Source: an uncultured Syntrophomonas sp. (lineage in GTDB: Bacteria; Bacillota; Syntrophomonadia; Syntrophomonadales; Syntrophomonadaceae). Taken from it: a stretch of 31,435 bases of DNA. Positions 17,437-26,158 of this stretch are shown here, one piece after another. The notes under the pieces are model-generated. The model searched no databases. It had not been told where the DNA came from and was given only the letters and a program-made list of their open reading frames with translations. Position 1 is the first letter of the stretch. Each line of letters opens with the position of its first letter. Both the position numbers and the translations under genes were made by a program. The stretch spans positions 1-31,435 of the forward strand of contig CAZPSR010000002.1 in the NCBI GenBank assembly GCA_964589135.1, in the 5' to 3' direction.

Positions 17437-18732
17437 ATGAATTACAAGAAGATGTATCAGAGCAAAGTAGTAACGATTGAGGAAGCCTTACAGCAGGTTA
17501 AGAGTGGGCAGGAGATTGTTTGCAGCCTGCTTGCTTGTGAACCCGTAAGCCTTCTGAGCCAGCTCCATACTATTAAAGACCGAATAGAAGACGTATCAGT
17601 AGTTCATGCTAATATGCTCGGTGAATATGAGTTCTTTATGAATCCTGCAATGAAGAAGCATTTTTTGCTTAATAGCTGGTTTTATTCTCAGGGGCCGCGA
17701 AAAGCCCATTCCGATGAAATGGTTTCCTATGTTCCCAGCCAATTGCATGAATTCAGCCGTCGGAGGATGTCCTACCGAAAACCGGATATTTTTCTGGGTT
17801 GTGCTTCTCCGATGGATAAGCATGGCTGCTTTTCCCTTTCCTTGTCCACGGTTATGGAAAAGGATTTTGTGGAAAATGCGGATAAGGTAATCTTAGAAGT
17901 GAGCCCTCATTTTCCCCGTACTTTTGGCGATACTCATGTACATATTTCTCAGGTCGATTATATTCTGGAAACTAATCGAGAAGTGCCTACAGTGGAGCCA
18001 GCTGAATTGACTGAGAAAGATCGTTTAATAGGGGGCTTTGCTGCTGATTTAATTGAAGACGGTTCTACTATTCAGGTTGGTTTTGGCAGTATTCCCGGTG
18101 CCATTGCCCAAAGTTTAAAAGGCAAAAAGGATTTGGGTGTACATTCGGAAGTTTTCAGTGAAAGCCTGGTCGACCTTTATGAAGCAGGGGCCATTAATAA
18201 CAGCAAAAAGACTATATTTAAAGACAAGTTTGTGGCCAATGTTGCCCTGGGCAGCAGGCGTTTATATGATTTCGTCGATGAGAATATGGCAGTAGCCTTT
18301 CATCGTGCCAGCCTGGTCAATGACCCGGCGATAATAGGCCGGAATTATAAAATGGTGTCAATGAATGCAGCATTGGAAATGGACCTTACCGGTCAGTGCT
18401 GTGCTGAATCAATAGGATCACAGCAATTCAGCGGCACCGGAGGGCATAAGGAATTTATCATGGGTTCTCAGCGTTCGCCTGGCGGGAAATCGATAATAAC
18501 TTTTTATTCTACTACAAAAGGAGATAGTGTATCCCGGATTGTACCCCATTTTACCCCGGGGACTATTGTAACTACTTCCCGGGTAGATGTTGATTATGTA
18601 GTTACCGAATATGGCGTGGCCAGTTTAAGCGGGCGGTCAGTCAGGGAGCGAGTCCAGGAATTAATCAGCATTGCCCACCCTAATTTCCGCGACTATCTAA
18701 AAAGTGAAGCCAGAAGGAACATGATCTGGTAG
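17437..18732 (+). CDS. Acetyl-CoA hydrolase/transferase family protein (family I CoA-transferase, 4-hydroxybutyrate/butyrate CoA-transferase-like), 431 aa
   Basis: MDKHGCFSLSLS, LIEDGSTIQVGFGSIP, DLGVHSE (catalytic Glu position), DLTGQCCAESIG, VDYVVTEYGVASL, LISIAHPNFR. RBS GAGGTGG. Confidence 0.92.
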   Translation: MNYKKMYQSKVVTIEEALQQVKSGQEIVCSLLACEPVSLLSQLHTIKDRIEDVSVVHANMLGEYEFFMNPAMKKHFLLNSWFYSQGPRKAHSDEMVSYVPSQLHEFSRRRMSYRKPDIFLGCASPMDKHGCFSLSLSTVMEKDFVENADKVILEVSPHFPRTFGDTHVHISQVDYILETNREVPTVEPAELTEKDRLIGGFAADLIEDGSTIQVGFGSIPGAIAQSLKGKKDLGVHSEVFSESLVDLYEAGAINNSKKTIFKDKFVANVALGSRRLYDFVDENMAVAFHRASLVNDPAIIGRNYKMVSMNAALEMDLTGQCCAESIGSQQFSGTGGHKEFIMGSQRSPGGKSIITFYSTTKGDSVSRIVPHFTPGTIVTTSRVDVDYVVTEYGVASLSGRSVRERVQELISIAHPNFRDYLKSEARRNMIW

Positions 18733-18745
18733 CATAGCAGTCACA

Positions 18746-18774
18746 AATAACTCGGAGTCAGACCCCGAGTTATT
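18746..18774. repeat. Family A palindrome, copy 2 (convergent CoA-transferase/metQ)
   Basis: AATAACTCGGAGTC-A-GACCCCGAGTTATT. Confidence 0.92.
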
Positions 18775-18795
18775 TTATTTACTGACCCCATGACC

Positions 18796-18832
18796 AAAAA
18801 AAGCTGCTGGGTAAACCCCCGGCAGCTTTTTT
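18796..18832. terminator. Bidirectional intrinsic terminator
   Basis: A7-GCTGCTGGG-loop-CCGGCAGC-T6 between convergent genes. Confidence 0.75.
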
Positions 18833-18843
18833 GATAAGCATGT

Positions 18844-19668
18844 TTAGAAAGATGGTACACAGGCTCCCTGGTACTTGGTTTCCAGGAATTCTTTTACTTC
18901 AGGTGATTGCAGGGCTTGACCCAGCTTGACTAAAGCTTCGTTATCTTTGTCCTCGGCCTGAACTACCAGTACATTGGCGAAAGGAGAATCACTGGGTTCC
19001 ATGAATATGGAATCCTCCACAGGATTAAGATCGGCTTCCAGGGCATAATTACTGTTAATTACACATATATCGGCATCTTCCAGGGTCCGAGGTAACATGG
19101 CGGCATCCATCATTTTCACTTCGAGATCCTTGGGATTATCAGCAATATCGTTGATAGTAGCGCTGACTCCAACTCCTTCATTCAGTTTGATCAGCCCTGC
19201 AGACTCCAGGACCAGGAGAGCACGTCCACCGTTGGTGGCATCGTTGGGAATCCCTACCACAGCTCCATCCTTCAGCTCGTCCAATTCAGTGATGCGATTA
19301 GAGTATACTCCCATTGGTTCATTATGAACTTGCACGGTCCATACCAAATCAGCATTATTGTTTTGGTTGTAATCATCCAGATAGGGGATATGTTGGAAGA
19401 AATTAGCGTCAATCTTACCATCCTTCAAAGACGGGTTTAAAAGTACATAATCAGTGAACACTTTAATCTCCAGGTCAATATTTTCCTTTTCCAGCAGTGG
19501 TTTGGCTACTTGCAAAATTTCCGCATGGGGTACTGGAGTAGCGCCAACTACAATTTTAGTAGCTTCAGTTTTTGCAGGCTGATCAGCATCCTCGTTTCCA
19601 TTACCACATCCGCTTACGCCCAGAGCAAGTATCATCAGGCTTAATACTAAAACTAGAACCTTTTTCAA
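18844..19668 (-). CDS. metQ: MetQ/NlpA-family ABC substrate-binding lipoprotein
   Basis: Lipobox VSGC. VGATPVPHAEIL, DANFFQHIPYL, GIPNDATNGGRAL motifs. Confidence 0.92.
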   Translation of the reverse strand: MKKVLVLVLSLMILALGVSGCGNGNEDADQPAKTEATKIVVGATPVPHAEILQVAKPLLEKENIDLEIKVFTDYVLLNPSLKDGKIDANFFQHIPYLDDYNQNNNADLVWTVQVHNEPMGVYSNRITELDELKDGAVVGIPNDATNGGRALLVLESAGLIKLNEGVGVSATINDIADNPKDLEVKMMDAAMLPRTLEDADICVINSNYALEADLNPVEDSIFMEPSDSPFANVLVVQAEDKDNEALVKLGQALQSPEVKEFLETKYQGACVPSF

Positions 19669-19673
19669 TTATC

Positions 19674-20366
19674 TTACCTCCTTTTACTAATGGTGATTGA
19701 TTGCATTTTATCACCCAGCATTTGTACCAACTGTACAAACAAAATAAGTACTATTACCGTAGCCCACATTATTACGTCCTCATACCGCTGGTAACCATAA
19801 TAATACGCCAGGGTACCCAAACCACCTCCTCCAACTATCCCTGCCATGGCTGAATACCCGACCAGGTTGATAGTAGTAATAGCTACCCCCAGAATAATTG
19901 ATGGCAGTGCTTCTGGAATTAATACCTTGCGGATGATTTGCCAGGCATTAGCCCCCATGGACAATGCTGCTTCAATCAGACCCCATTCGATTTCCCTTAA
20001 AGAAGTCTCCACCAATCTGGCTACAAAAGGAATAGCAGCCAGGGTAAGGGGTACAATAGAGGCAATAGTACCAATTGGTGTGCCCACTATTAACCGGGTA
20101 AGGGGGATTACCAGGATAAGAAATATTATAAAGGGTATGGAGCGAACTGCATTAACAATGGTACCCAGTATGCGATTAACCCCGTTACTCTCCAAAATAT
20201 GGCCTTTGTCGGTAGTTACCAGAATCACTCCCAAGGGGAGCCCAAAAACATAACTTAATGCCGTAGATATGGCAACCATATAAAAAGTTTCCCAGGTCGC
20301 CAGTATTATGGCATCAGCCATCCAGGAGTTATTAGCAAAAATTCCCGCACTTACAATTCCTAACAT
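19674..20366 (-). CDS. metI: Methionine-type ABC permease
   Basis: VNAVRSIPFIIFL, EAALSMGA (EAA motif), GYSAMAGIVGGGGLG. Confidence 0.92.
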   Translation of the reverse strand: MLGIVSAGIFANNSWMADAIILATWETFYMVAISTALSYVFGLPLGVILVTTDKGHILESNGVNRILGTIVNAVRSIPFIIFLILVIPLTRLIVGTPIGTIASIVPLTLAAIPFVARLVETSLREIEWGLIEAALSMGANAWQIIRKVLIPEALPSIILGVAITTINLVGYSAMAGIVGGGGLGTLAYYYGYQRYEDVIMWATVIVLILFVQLVQMLGDKMQSITISKRR

Positions 20367-20370
20367 TATA

Positions 20371-21390
20371 TCATATCACCTCGATTTCCAGGCCATTGGC
20401 ATACAAGTAACGGATAGATTCTTCAACAGCCTCCTGCTTTCCGATTAATTCCAGAGTAAGGTGGCCAAAAGGGGTTTCTTTTACTTGATCGATGTTGCCA
20501 TAAAGAATATTGGCATCTATGCCATATTTTTTAATCATGGAAGATATTATAGGATCACCAGCTGAGGAGCCAATAAAAGATACCCTAATCAAACAAGAAT
20601 AGCTATCCCGCGCTTTGAGTAATTTTTCCGTATAACTCTCAACTTCATCTTTTTTGGCAAGGGCATTTATAAAGCTTTTTGAAATATCGGTACCGGGATT
20701 GGAAAATAGGGATAATACGTCTCCCACCTCGGCAATCTGCGAATCATCAATAACTGCAACTCGGTCGCAGATCTGCTTGATTACGTTCATATCATGAGTT
20801 ATTAAGAGGATGGTTAAATTCAACTGTTTATTTATATCTTTCAATAGTTTTAATATAGAGCGGGTAGTTTGAGGATCAAGGGCTGAAGTAGCCTCATCGG
20901 ATAGAAGAATTTTAGGATTGTTGGCCAGGGCTCGGGCAATACCTACCCGCTGTTTTTGGCCGCCGCTGAGCTGATCCGGATAAACTCGGGCTTTATCAGT
21001 AATACCGACCAAGTCCAGCAGATCGGATACTCTTTGCTGTGCTTCCTTCGCCGGGACCCGAGCGATCTCCAGCGGGAACATAATATTATCAAAAACGTTT
21101 CGGGACGAAAGCAAGTTAAACTGCTGAAAAATCATGCCAATCTTTTGCCGAGCCATATGAAGCTCCTTTTTACCAAGTGAGGTAATATCTTGTCCGTCCA
21201 CTATAATTGTACCCTGGGTGGGCTTTTCCAACATATTAATACAGCGAATCAAAGTGCTTTTGCCGGCTCCGCTAAGTCCAATAATCCCGAATATCTCACC
21301 GCGGTTAATTGATAAATCTACCTTGTCCAGGGCTTTGATCTCCTGGTGGGGAGTGTAATATATTTTGGTAAGACTTGTTATTTTAATCAA
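20371..21390 (-). CDS. metN: Methionine-type ABC ATPase with C-terminal NIL domain (339 aa)
   Basis: Walker [41 protein letters not shown] domain. Start reassigned to TTG 21390 after GGGAGG. Confidence 0.92.
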   Translation of the reverse strand: MIKITSLTKIYYTPHQEIKALDKVDLSINRGEIFGIIGLSGAGKSTLIRCINMLEKPTQGTIIVDGQDITSLGKKELHMARQKIGMIFQQFNLLSSRNVFDNIMFPLEIARVPAKEAQQRVSDLLDLVGITDKARVYPDQLSGGQKQRVGIARALANNPKILLSDEATSALDPQTTRSILKLLKDINKQLNLTILLITHDMNVIKQICDRVAVIDDSQIAEVGDVLSLFSNPGTDISKSFINALAKKDEVESYTEKLLKARDSYSCLIRVSFIGSSAGDPIISSMIKKYGIDANILYGNIDQVKETPFGHLTLELIGKQEAVEESIRYLYANGLEIEVI

Positions 21391-21475
21391 AGGTTTGACC
21401 TCCCAAAAAAGAAACCCAATTAATAAATCTTTATACATATTAGCACAGTATTAGCCATGTAGTCACCAATGATCA

Positions 21476-21504
21476 AATAACTCGGGGTCTGACCCCGAGT
21501 TATT
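21476..21504. repeat. Family A palindrome, copy 3 (perfect; between co-oriented xdhC-like gene and metN)
   Basis: AATAACTCGGGGTC-T-GACCCCGAGTTATT, 1 nt from the xdhC-like stop codon. Confidence 0.95.
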
Positions 21505-21505
21505 T

Positions 21506-22048
21506 CTAAAATAATTCATCATGCTCCTCCTTCTCTTCATTAACTTGTTTTATGATTATAGAACCTCCGGAGCGCTTATATTTAACCGCCTGTATTTCAG
21601 CTACTGCGGCCAGGGCTATTTCTGCTGCTAACTGGCCCCCTATATCCAGGCCAATAGGCAAATGGACCCTTTCCATAAGTTCGTCTGCAATGTCCATTGA
21701 TTTAAGGGTATTAAAATATTTAGTTACCTTCCGCTTATTACCCATTACCCCTATGTATCTGGCTGGAGATTTAATGATCGCCTGCAATGCAGCTTCATCA
21801 AATGTGTGATTATGGCTGACTAGTACTATGCTGGTGGTAGAGGTTATCTCGCAGTCCCCCAGCAGTTCCACAATATCCCCCAGCAACAGCTCATTGGCTT
21901 CCGGGAATCGCTCCCGGGTAAGGGTTTCAGTTCTATTGTCAATAACGCTTATGTCGTAATCCAAAAGGGAAGCTATTTTATAAACGTTTAAAGCTACCGG
22001 ACCGGAACCGACAATTATCAATCTATCCCTGGTATGGTTATCCTCCAA
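21506..22048 (-). CDS. XdhC/CoxI-family protein, C-terminal Rossmann domain only (180 aa)
   Basis: LIIVGSGPVA, VIDNR, SHNHTFDEAAL, YIGVMGNKRK, PIGLDIGGQLAAEIALAAVAEI. Confidence 0.85.
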   Translation of the reverse strand: MEDNHTRDRLIIVGSGPVALNVYKIASLLDYDISVIDNRTETLTRERFPEANELLLGDIVELLGDCEITSTTSIVLVSHNHTFDEAALQAIIKSPARYIGVMGNKRKVTKYFNTLKSMDIADELMERVHLPIGLDIGGQLAAEIALAAVAEIQAVKYKRSGGSIIIKQVNEEKEEHDELF

Positions 22049-22170
22049 TTATAAATCCCCTCCTTGATAATCAATAAAAAGTCATTATAACTTAAGCAAG
22101 CCCAGATTAAACCGGTGTATTAACCGGGATTTTTTTATTGCTGTAAACAAGCTTACTATATATTATACAG

Positions 22171-22199
22171 AATAACTCGGGGTCTGACCCCAAGTTATT
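22171..22199. repeat. Family A palindrome, copy 4 (divergent xdhC-like/GNAT-like)
   Basis: AATAACTCGGGGTC-T-GACCCCAAGTTATT. Confidence 0.92.
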
Positions 22200-22214
22200 C
22201 TGGTGACCCATCCT

Positions 22215-22243
22215 GTGACATTTTTAGCGAAATGGGCTATAAT
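22215..22243 (+). promoter_or_regulatory. Sigma-A-type promoter
   Basis: GTGACA-N17-TATAAT. Confidence 0.7.
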
Positions 22244-22304
22244 AGAAGCTGGGTCTGGGTAGCCTTGCTGCCAGGGACCGCAAATATTTAGGAAGGTGAA
22301 ACAG

Positions 22305-22349
22305 ATGAACACCCCCAAAAAATATCCCACCAAGTTTTCTCCTCTGTAG
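22305..22349 (+). CDS. Candidate 14-aa small ORF MNTPKKYPTKFSPL
   Basis: AGGAAGGTG 6 nt before ATG, downstream of the promoter. Same GAAGGTGAAA ribosome-binding context as the following gene. Confidence 0.4.
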   Translation: MNTPKKYPTKFSPL

Positions 22350-22469
22350 CGGAGTCTGCCTTTATTTGCACTTTAAATCATGGTGTGTCCATATTTAATA
22401 TCCTATAATCAGCGCTAGTTGGCTTAACTAACGCTATCTGCGTTTGGAAAAAAATAAGAAGGTGAAATT

Positions 22470-23072
22470 ATGAGAGATCCAGCATATATCGTGGACTGTG
22501 CTAGGATCCAAGACATTGCAGCCATGTTGAATCTGGAAAGAAAGTATTTTGATCCTTGCTGGCAATCTGAAAAGGCAATCATCCGCAAGTTAATCGAGCA
22601 AGAACCGATGATGTTTCGAGTCTGCAAGGTAAATGGTGAGGTAAAAGGCTACTATTGGGTTTTTCCCCTTAAGCATTCAATTTGGAGGAAGATCATTAGC
22701 GGAGAAATGCCTGAAGGAGATCTGGTGAAGCACATCAGGTCGTTTCAGGATAAGAATCTGTATCTTTATATTGCTTCGGTAATCGTTGATCAGACTGATA
22801 AACTGCGTAAAAGCTATACCAAAGCTTTGGTATATGATTTTGGCCGGCACTTTGTCTTGGGCAGAAACAGCGATGTTCCAGACATCCGTGCCATTGGGGC
22901 TTTTACCATATCCGAAGGCGGTCAGCGTCTGATGGAAAGGGCTAATTTCTCCAACCTGGGGAAATTCAGGGCTCATGGCCAGGAAATGAAATCCTGGGCG
23001 ATTGATCGGCAGACCCTAATCAAGCAAAGGGTATCAGACCATCAGCAGCGCCAGGACCAAAAAATTGCTTAA
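22470..23072 (+). CDS. Hypothetical protein, probable GNAT-fold (200 aa)
   Basis: Pattern GYYWVFPL...LYLYIASVIVD...GAFTISEGGQRLMERANF fits a GNAT topology. RBS GAAGGTG. Confidence 0.6.
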   Translation: MRDPAYIVDCARIQDIAAMLNLERKYFDPCWQSEKAIIRKLIEQEPMMFRVCKVNGEVKGYYWVFPLKHSIWRKIISGEMPEGDLVKHIRSFQDKNLYLYIASVIVDQTDKLRKSYTKALVYDFGRHFVLGRNSDVPDIRAIGAFTISEGGQRLMERANFSNLGKFRAHGQEMKSWAIDRQTLIKQRVSDHQQRQDQKIA

Positions 23073-23076
23073 TAAA

Positions 23077-23105
23077 AATAACTCAGGGTCAGACCCTGAG
23101 TTATT
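23077..23105. repeat. Family A palindrome, copy 5 (compensatory variant)
   Basis: AATAACTCAGGGTC-A-GACCCTGAGTTATT: the G-C pair is replaced by A-T in both arms. Confidence 0.93.
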
Positions 23106-23234
23106 TTACTGATTAGGGTAAAATAAAAGTAGCAGGTTTTCAATAAGACCAGGAACTCAGGCTGCTGAGAAAAGACATGGCCAGGAATTAGTTGAGGGCT
23201 TTAGCGATGGGTTCCAAGATGGAAAGGTATACAA

Positions 23235-25010
23235 ATGAGCTTTTTGCCTATAAATAGAGAAGAATTGGCAGCAAGGGGCTGGGAACAGGCTGATGTAATA
23301 ATTGTAAGTGCAGATGCCTATGTTGATCATCCTGCCTGGGCGGCCGCTATACTCGGACGATTTTTGGAGCATTATGGCTACCGGGTGGGTATTATTGCCC
23401 AACCTGATTGGCGGAACTTGGATGATATAAGCAGTTTGGGAGCGCCTGCTTTATTTTTTGCAATTTCGGGCGGCAACATGGATAGTATGGTAAATCACTA
23501 TACTGCTGACAAGAAAAGACGCCGGAAGGATATGTATTCACCCGCAGGAAAAACCGGTCTTAGACCTGATCGCCCCACCATTGTATACAGCAATCTGCTG
23601 CGTCAGGCCTTTCCGGGGGTACCGATAGTTATTGGTGGGGTAGAAGCCAGCCTGCGCCGTTTAGCGCATTATGATTATTGGCAGAATCGAGTGCGTCGTT
23701 CGATTTTACTGGACAGCAGAGCCGATCTGCTGGTTTACGGCATGGGCGAGTACAATCTGCTGGAAATAGCCCGCAAGCTGAAGGGTGGTCAAGATATAGC
23801 TTATCTGCGCAATCTGCGCGGAACCTGTTATCTTTCCCGCAATAAGCCAGGGAATGCCTTAGAATTGCCGTCCTTTGAAGAAGTGGAAAAAGATAGAAGA
23901 GCTTTTGCCCGGGCTACCAAGCTGATTCAGGAGGAGATAAACCCTTACTCAGCAGGGACCCTGGCCCAGAAGCATGGAGAACGCTGGTTAGTGCAAAACC
24001 CGCCTTCTCTACCTCTCTCATCCTCAGAACTAGATGAAATATACGAATTATCATTTACCCGCCGCTGCCATCCCAGCTACGAAGCTCTGGGAGGAGTGCC
24101 AGGGCTTAAACCGGTGCAGTTTTCTATAGTTACCCATCGGGGGTGTTTTGGCGGCTGTGGGTTTTGCTCTTTGGGTCAGCATCAGGGCCGATTTATTCAG
24201 AACCGCAGCCTGCTTTCGCTTGTCAACGAAGCCCGCAGCCTGACGTTTCATCCTGACTTTAAGGGAACCATCCCTGATGTAGGTGCGCCTTCAGCCAATA
24301 TGTACGGGTTAAAGGGATTTGACCAAAAGCTTTGTGAGCAATGTAAGCGTTTGAGCTGCCTAGTGCCTAAGGTATGTAAAAATCTTGATACCGACCATAT
24401 GCCATCTGTAGAGCTATGGCAAAAATTGCGCAGAATTAAGGGAATCAAACATATCTTCGTTTCCTCTGGTGTTCGTTATGATTTGATTTTACGGGATACC
24501 TCCCGTAGATATTTAAGGGATTTATGCAAATACCATGTTAGTGGCCAATTAAAGATAGCTCCTGAACATGTAGCCGAAAGGGTAACCCGTACTATGCATA
24601 AACCGGGGAAAAAAGAGTATATGAGGTTCATTCAAGCATTTAAAGAAACAAATCAGAAACTGGGCAAGGATCAATATCTGGTACCCTATTTTATTTCTGC
24701 CCATCCAGGCTGTGATTTGCAGGATACGCTGGAATTGGCGGAGTTTGTACGGGACAACTTGCAGTACTACCCTGAGCAGGTTCAGAACTTTACCCCTACC
24801 CCTATGACCGTATCCACCTGTATGTACTATACAGGAATCAATCCTCATAATGGCCGGGAGATCTATGTGCCCAAGAGCGAAAAAGAACGTAAATGGCAGA
24901 GGGCTTTGCTGCAATATCGCAACAAGAAGAACCAAAACCTGGTAGGGGAGGCATTACAAGCCTGCGGCCGCCAAGATCTTATCGGCTCAGGTGCCTTTAG
25001 ACCAAAATAA
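23235..25010 (+). CDS. YgiQ-family (UPF0313) radical SAM protein, 591 aa
   Basis: ADAYVDHP, GNMDSMVNHYT, RGCFGGCGFC (CxxxCxxC), SGVRYDL, LKIAPEH, QVQNFTPTPMT. Confidence 0.93.
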   Translation: MSFLPINREELAARGWEQADVIIVSADAYVDHPAWAAAILGRFLEHYGYRVGIIAQPDWRNLDDISSLGAPALFFAISGGNMDSMVNHYTADKKRRRKDMYSPAGKTGLRPDRPTIVYSNLLRQAFPGVPIVIGGVEASLRRLAHYDYWQNRVRRSILLDSRADLLVYGMGEYNLLEIARKLKGGQDIAYLRNLRGTCYLSRNKPGNALELPSFEEVEKDRRAFARATKLIQEEINPYSAGTLAQKHGERWLVQNPPSLPLSSSELDEIYELSFTRRCHPSYEALGGVPGLKPVQFSIVTHRGCFGGCGFCSLGQHQGRFIQNRSLLSLVNEARSLTFHPDFKGTIPDVGAPSANMYGLKGFDQKLCEQCKRLSCLVPKVCKNLDTDHMPSVELWQKLRRIKGIKHIFVSSGVRYDLILRDTSRRYLRDLCKYHVSGQLKIAPEHVAERVTRTMHKPGKKEYMRFIQAFKETNQKLGKDQYLVPYFISAHPGCDLQDTLELAEFVRDNLQYYPEQVQNFTPTPMTVSTCMYYTGINPHNGREIYVPKSEKERKWQRALLQYRNKKNQNLVGEALQACGRQDLIGSGAFRPK

Positions 25011-25034
25011 CTCGGGGTCTGACCCCGAGTTATT
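25006..25034. repeat. Family A palindrome, copy 6 (perfect); contains the YgiQ stop codon
   Basis: AATAACTCGGGGTC-T-GACCCCGAGTTATT. TAA 25008-25010 terminates the upstream ORF. Confidence 0.95.
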
Positions 25035-25046
25035 TTGCTCCGCTAA

Positions 25047-25733
25047 CTATTTGCTACATTTCCGAGCGGGATCGATGATGCATTTGTTGTATGGCAGTAA
25101 AAACTCCCTTATACCGCTTGAATATGGAGCGATATCATATTGCTGAAAATATGTTACAACTCCTTGTGGGGTACAGTAGAAGCTATTCACCTTAAAGGTC
25201 TGTTCTACCAACTCCTCATAATTATCGAAATATATATCAGGGTTTTCCCTTATCTGAGCGATAATGTTCCTTTTTATATATGATCTATAATCATTTGCAC
25301 ACCTATATAATTCTTTAAGTTTAACCATCTTCCCGCTCTTAAAATTCCAGGTCTGAGAAGTCCTGATCGTCAAACCATGGGCTCCGCCAGTGAACTGGTA
25401 ATTGTCTAAATATAAGCTGACTATGCAGGCTTTATTATAAGTTGCGGTAAAGGTCTGCAGGGCTTCAAATGCACGTATGGGAAAGCCGTTTTCGATATCA
25501 TTTAGATACTGCTCAACCGCCATTTGGTAAAGCTGGGTACGGAAGTTGTTTTGCAGTGCCAGGGCTTGGTCTTGGTAAAACTGGTTTATAGTTCTTACAG
25601 TTTTTTTGTTTTTAGCTGATCTGAATTCAGGATACTCTATTCGGTAGCTTAGAACAATAACATCGTCATATTTCATTTCCTCAGCAATCACCATGGTATC
25701 AAAGCTTATCTTAGACCCTACCGTCTTTTTCAA
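25047..25733 (-). CDS. DUF4163/DUF3298 (RsiV/PdaC-like) domain protein
   Basis: YQFTGGAHGLTIRTSQTWN and YFQQYDIAPYSSGI motifs. TTG start 6 nt after GAGGTG. Confidence 0.8.
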   Translation of the reverse strand: MKKTVGSKISFDTMVIAEEMKYDDVIVLSYRIEYPEFRSAKNKKTVRTINQFYQDQALALQNNFRTQLYQMAVEQYLNDIENGFPIRAFEALQTFTATYNKACIVSLYLDNYQFTGGAHGLTIRTSQTWNFKSGKMVKLKELYRCANDYRSYIKRNIIAQIRENPDIYFDNYEELVEQTFKVNSFYCTPQGVVTYFQQYDIAPYSSGIREFLLPYNKCIIDPARKCSK

Positions 25734-26086
25734 TCTTATCACCTCATGATAGCATATGAAATACTGCTATAAGTAGTGACTATCTGTTATGGTAAAAGCC
25801 AGAAACAGACTTATCATTATTTTGCCCCCTACCTCATCTTCCAAGGGCCAGGTTGCCCGGTCTCAGGGAAATGTAACAATCATGAGCCAGGGGAGCATTT
25901 GTTAGCAGGGCTGTTATTATATTAAAAACAAGACTGGCGAACCAGGTATCGAGTCATATCCTGTCCCACCCAATATGACGATTTCAATGATGAAATTGGT
26001 GGCAGAACCGGGAGGACCTGAAGCAGGTAGTCCTGGAGTATTTGAAATTGCTTAACTTCTACTTTAAGGAACAATTTGAACTATGA

Positions 26087-26115
26087 AACAACTCGGGGTC
26101 AGACCCCGAGTTATT
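26087..26115. repeat. Family A palindrome, copy 7 (divergent DUF3298/isochorismatase)
   Basis: AACAACTCGGGGTC-A-GACCCCGAGTTATT. Confidence 0.92.
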
Positions 26116-26123
26116 TAATCGTA

Positions 26124-26132
26124 TGGTATAAT
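26124..26132 (+). promoter_or_regulatory. Extended -10 promoter element TGGTATAAT
   Basis: Consensus TGnTATAAT 27 nt before the ATG at 26159. No recognisable -35, since that position falls in the repeat. Confidence 0.6.
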
Positions 26133-26158
26133 TACCATTACCAAGGGGAGGTGGCAGA

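Noticed and set aside
25790-26085. Protein-like fragments in the DUF3298/isochorismatase gap (e.g. NWWQNREDLKQVVLEYLKLLNFYFKEQFEL*)
   Set aside because: No continuous ORF, RBS or recognisable family. Could be a pseudogene relic, but this is unsupported.
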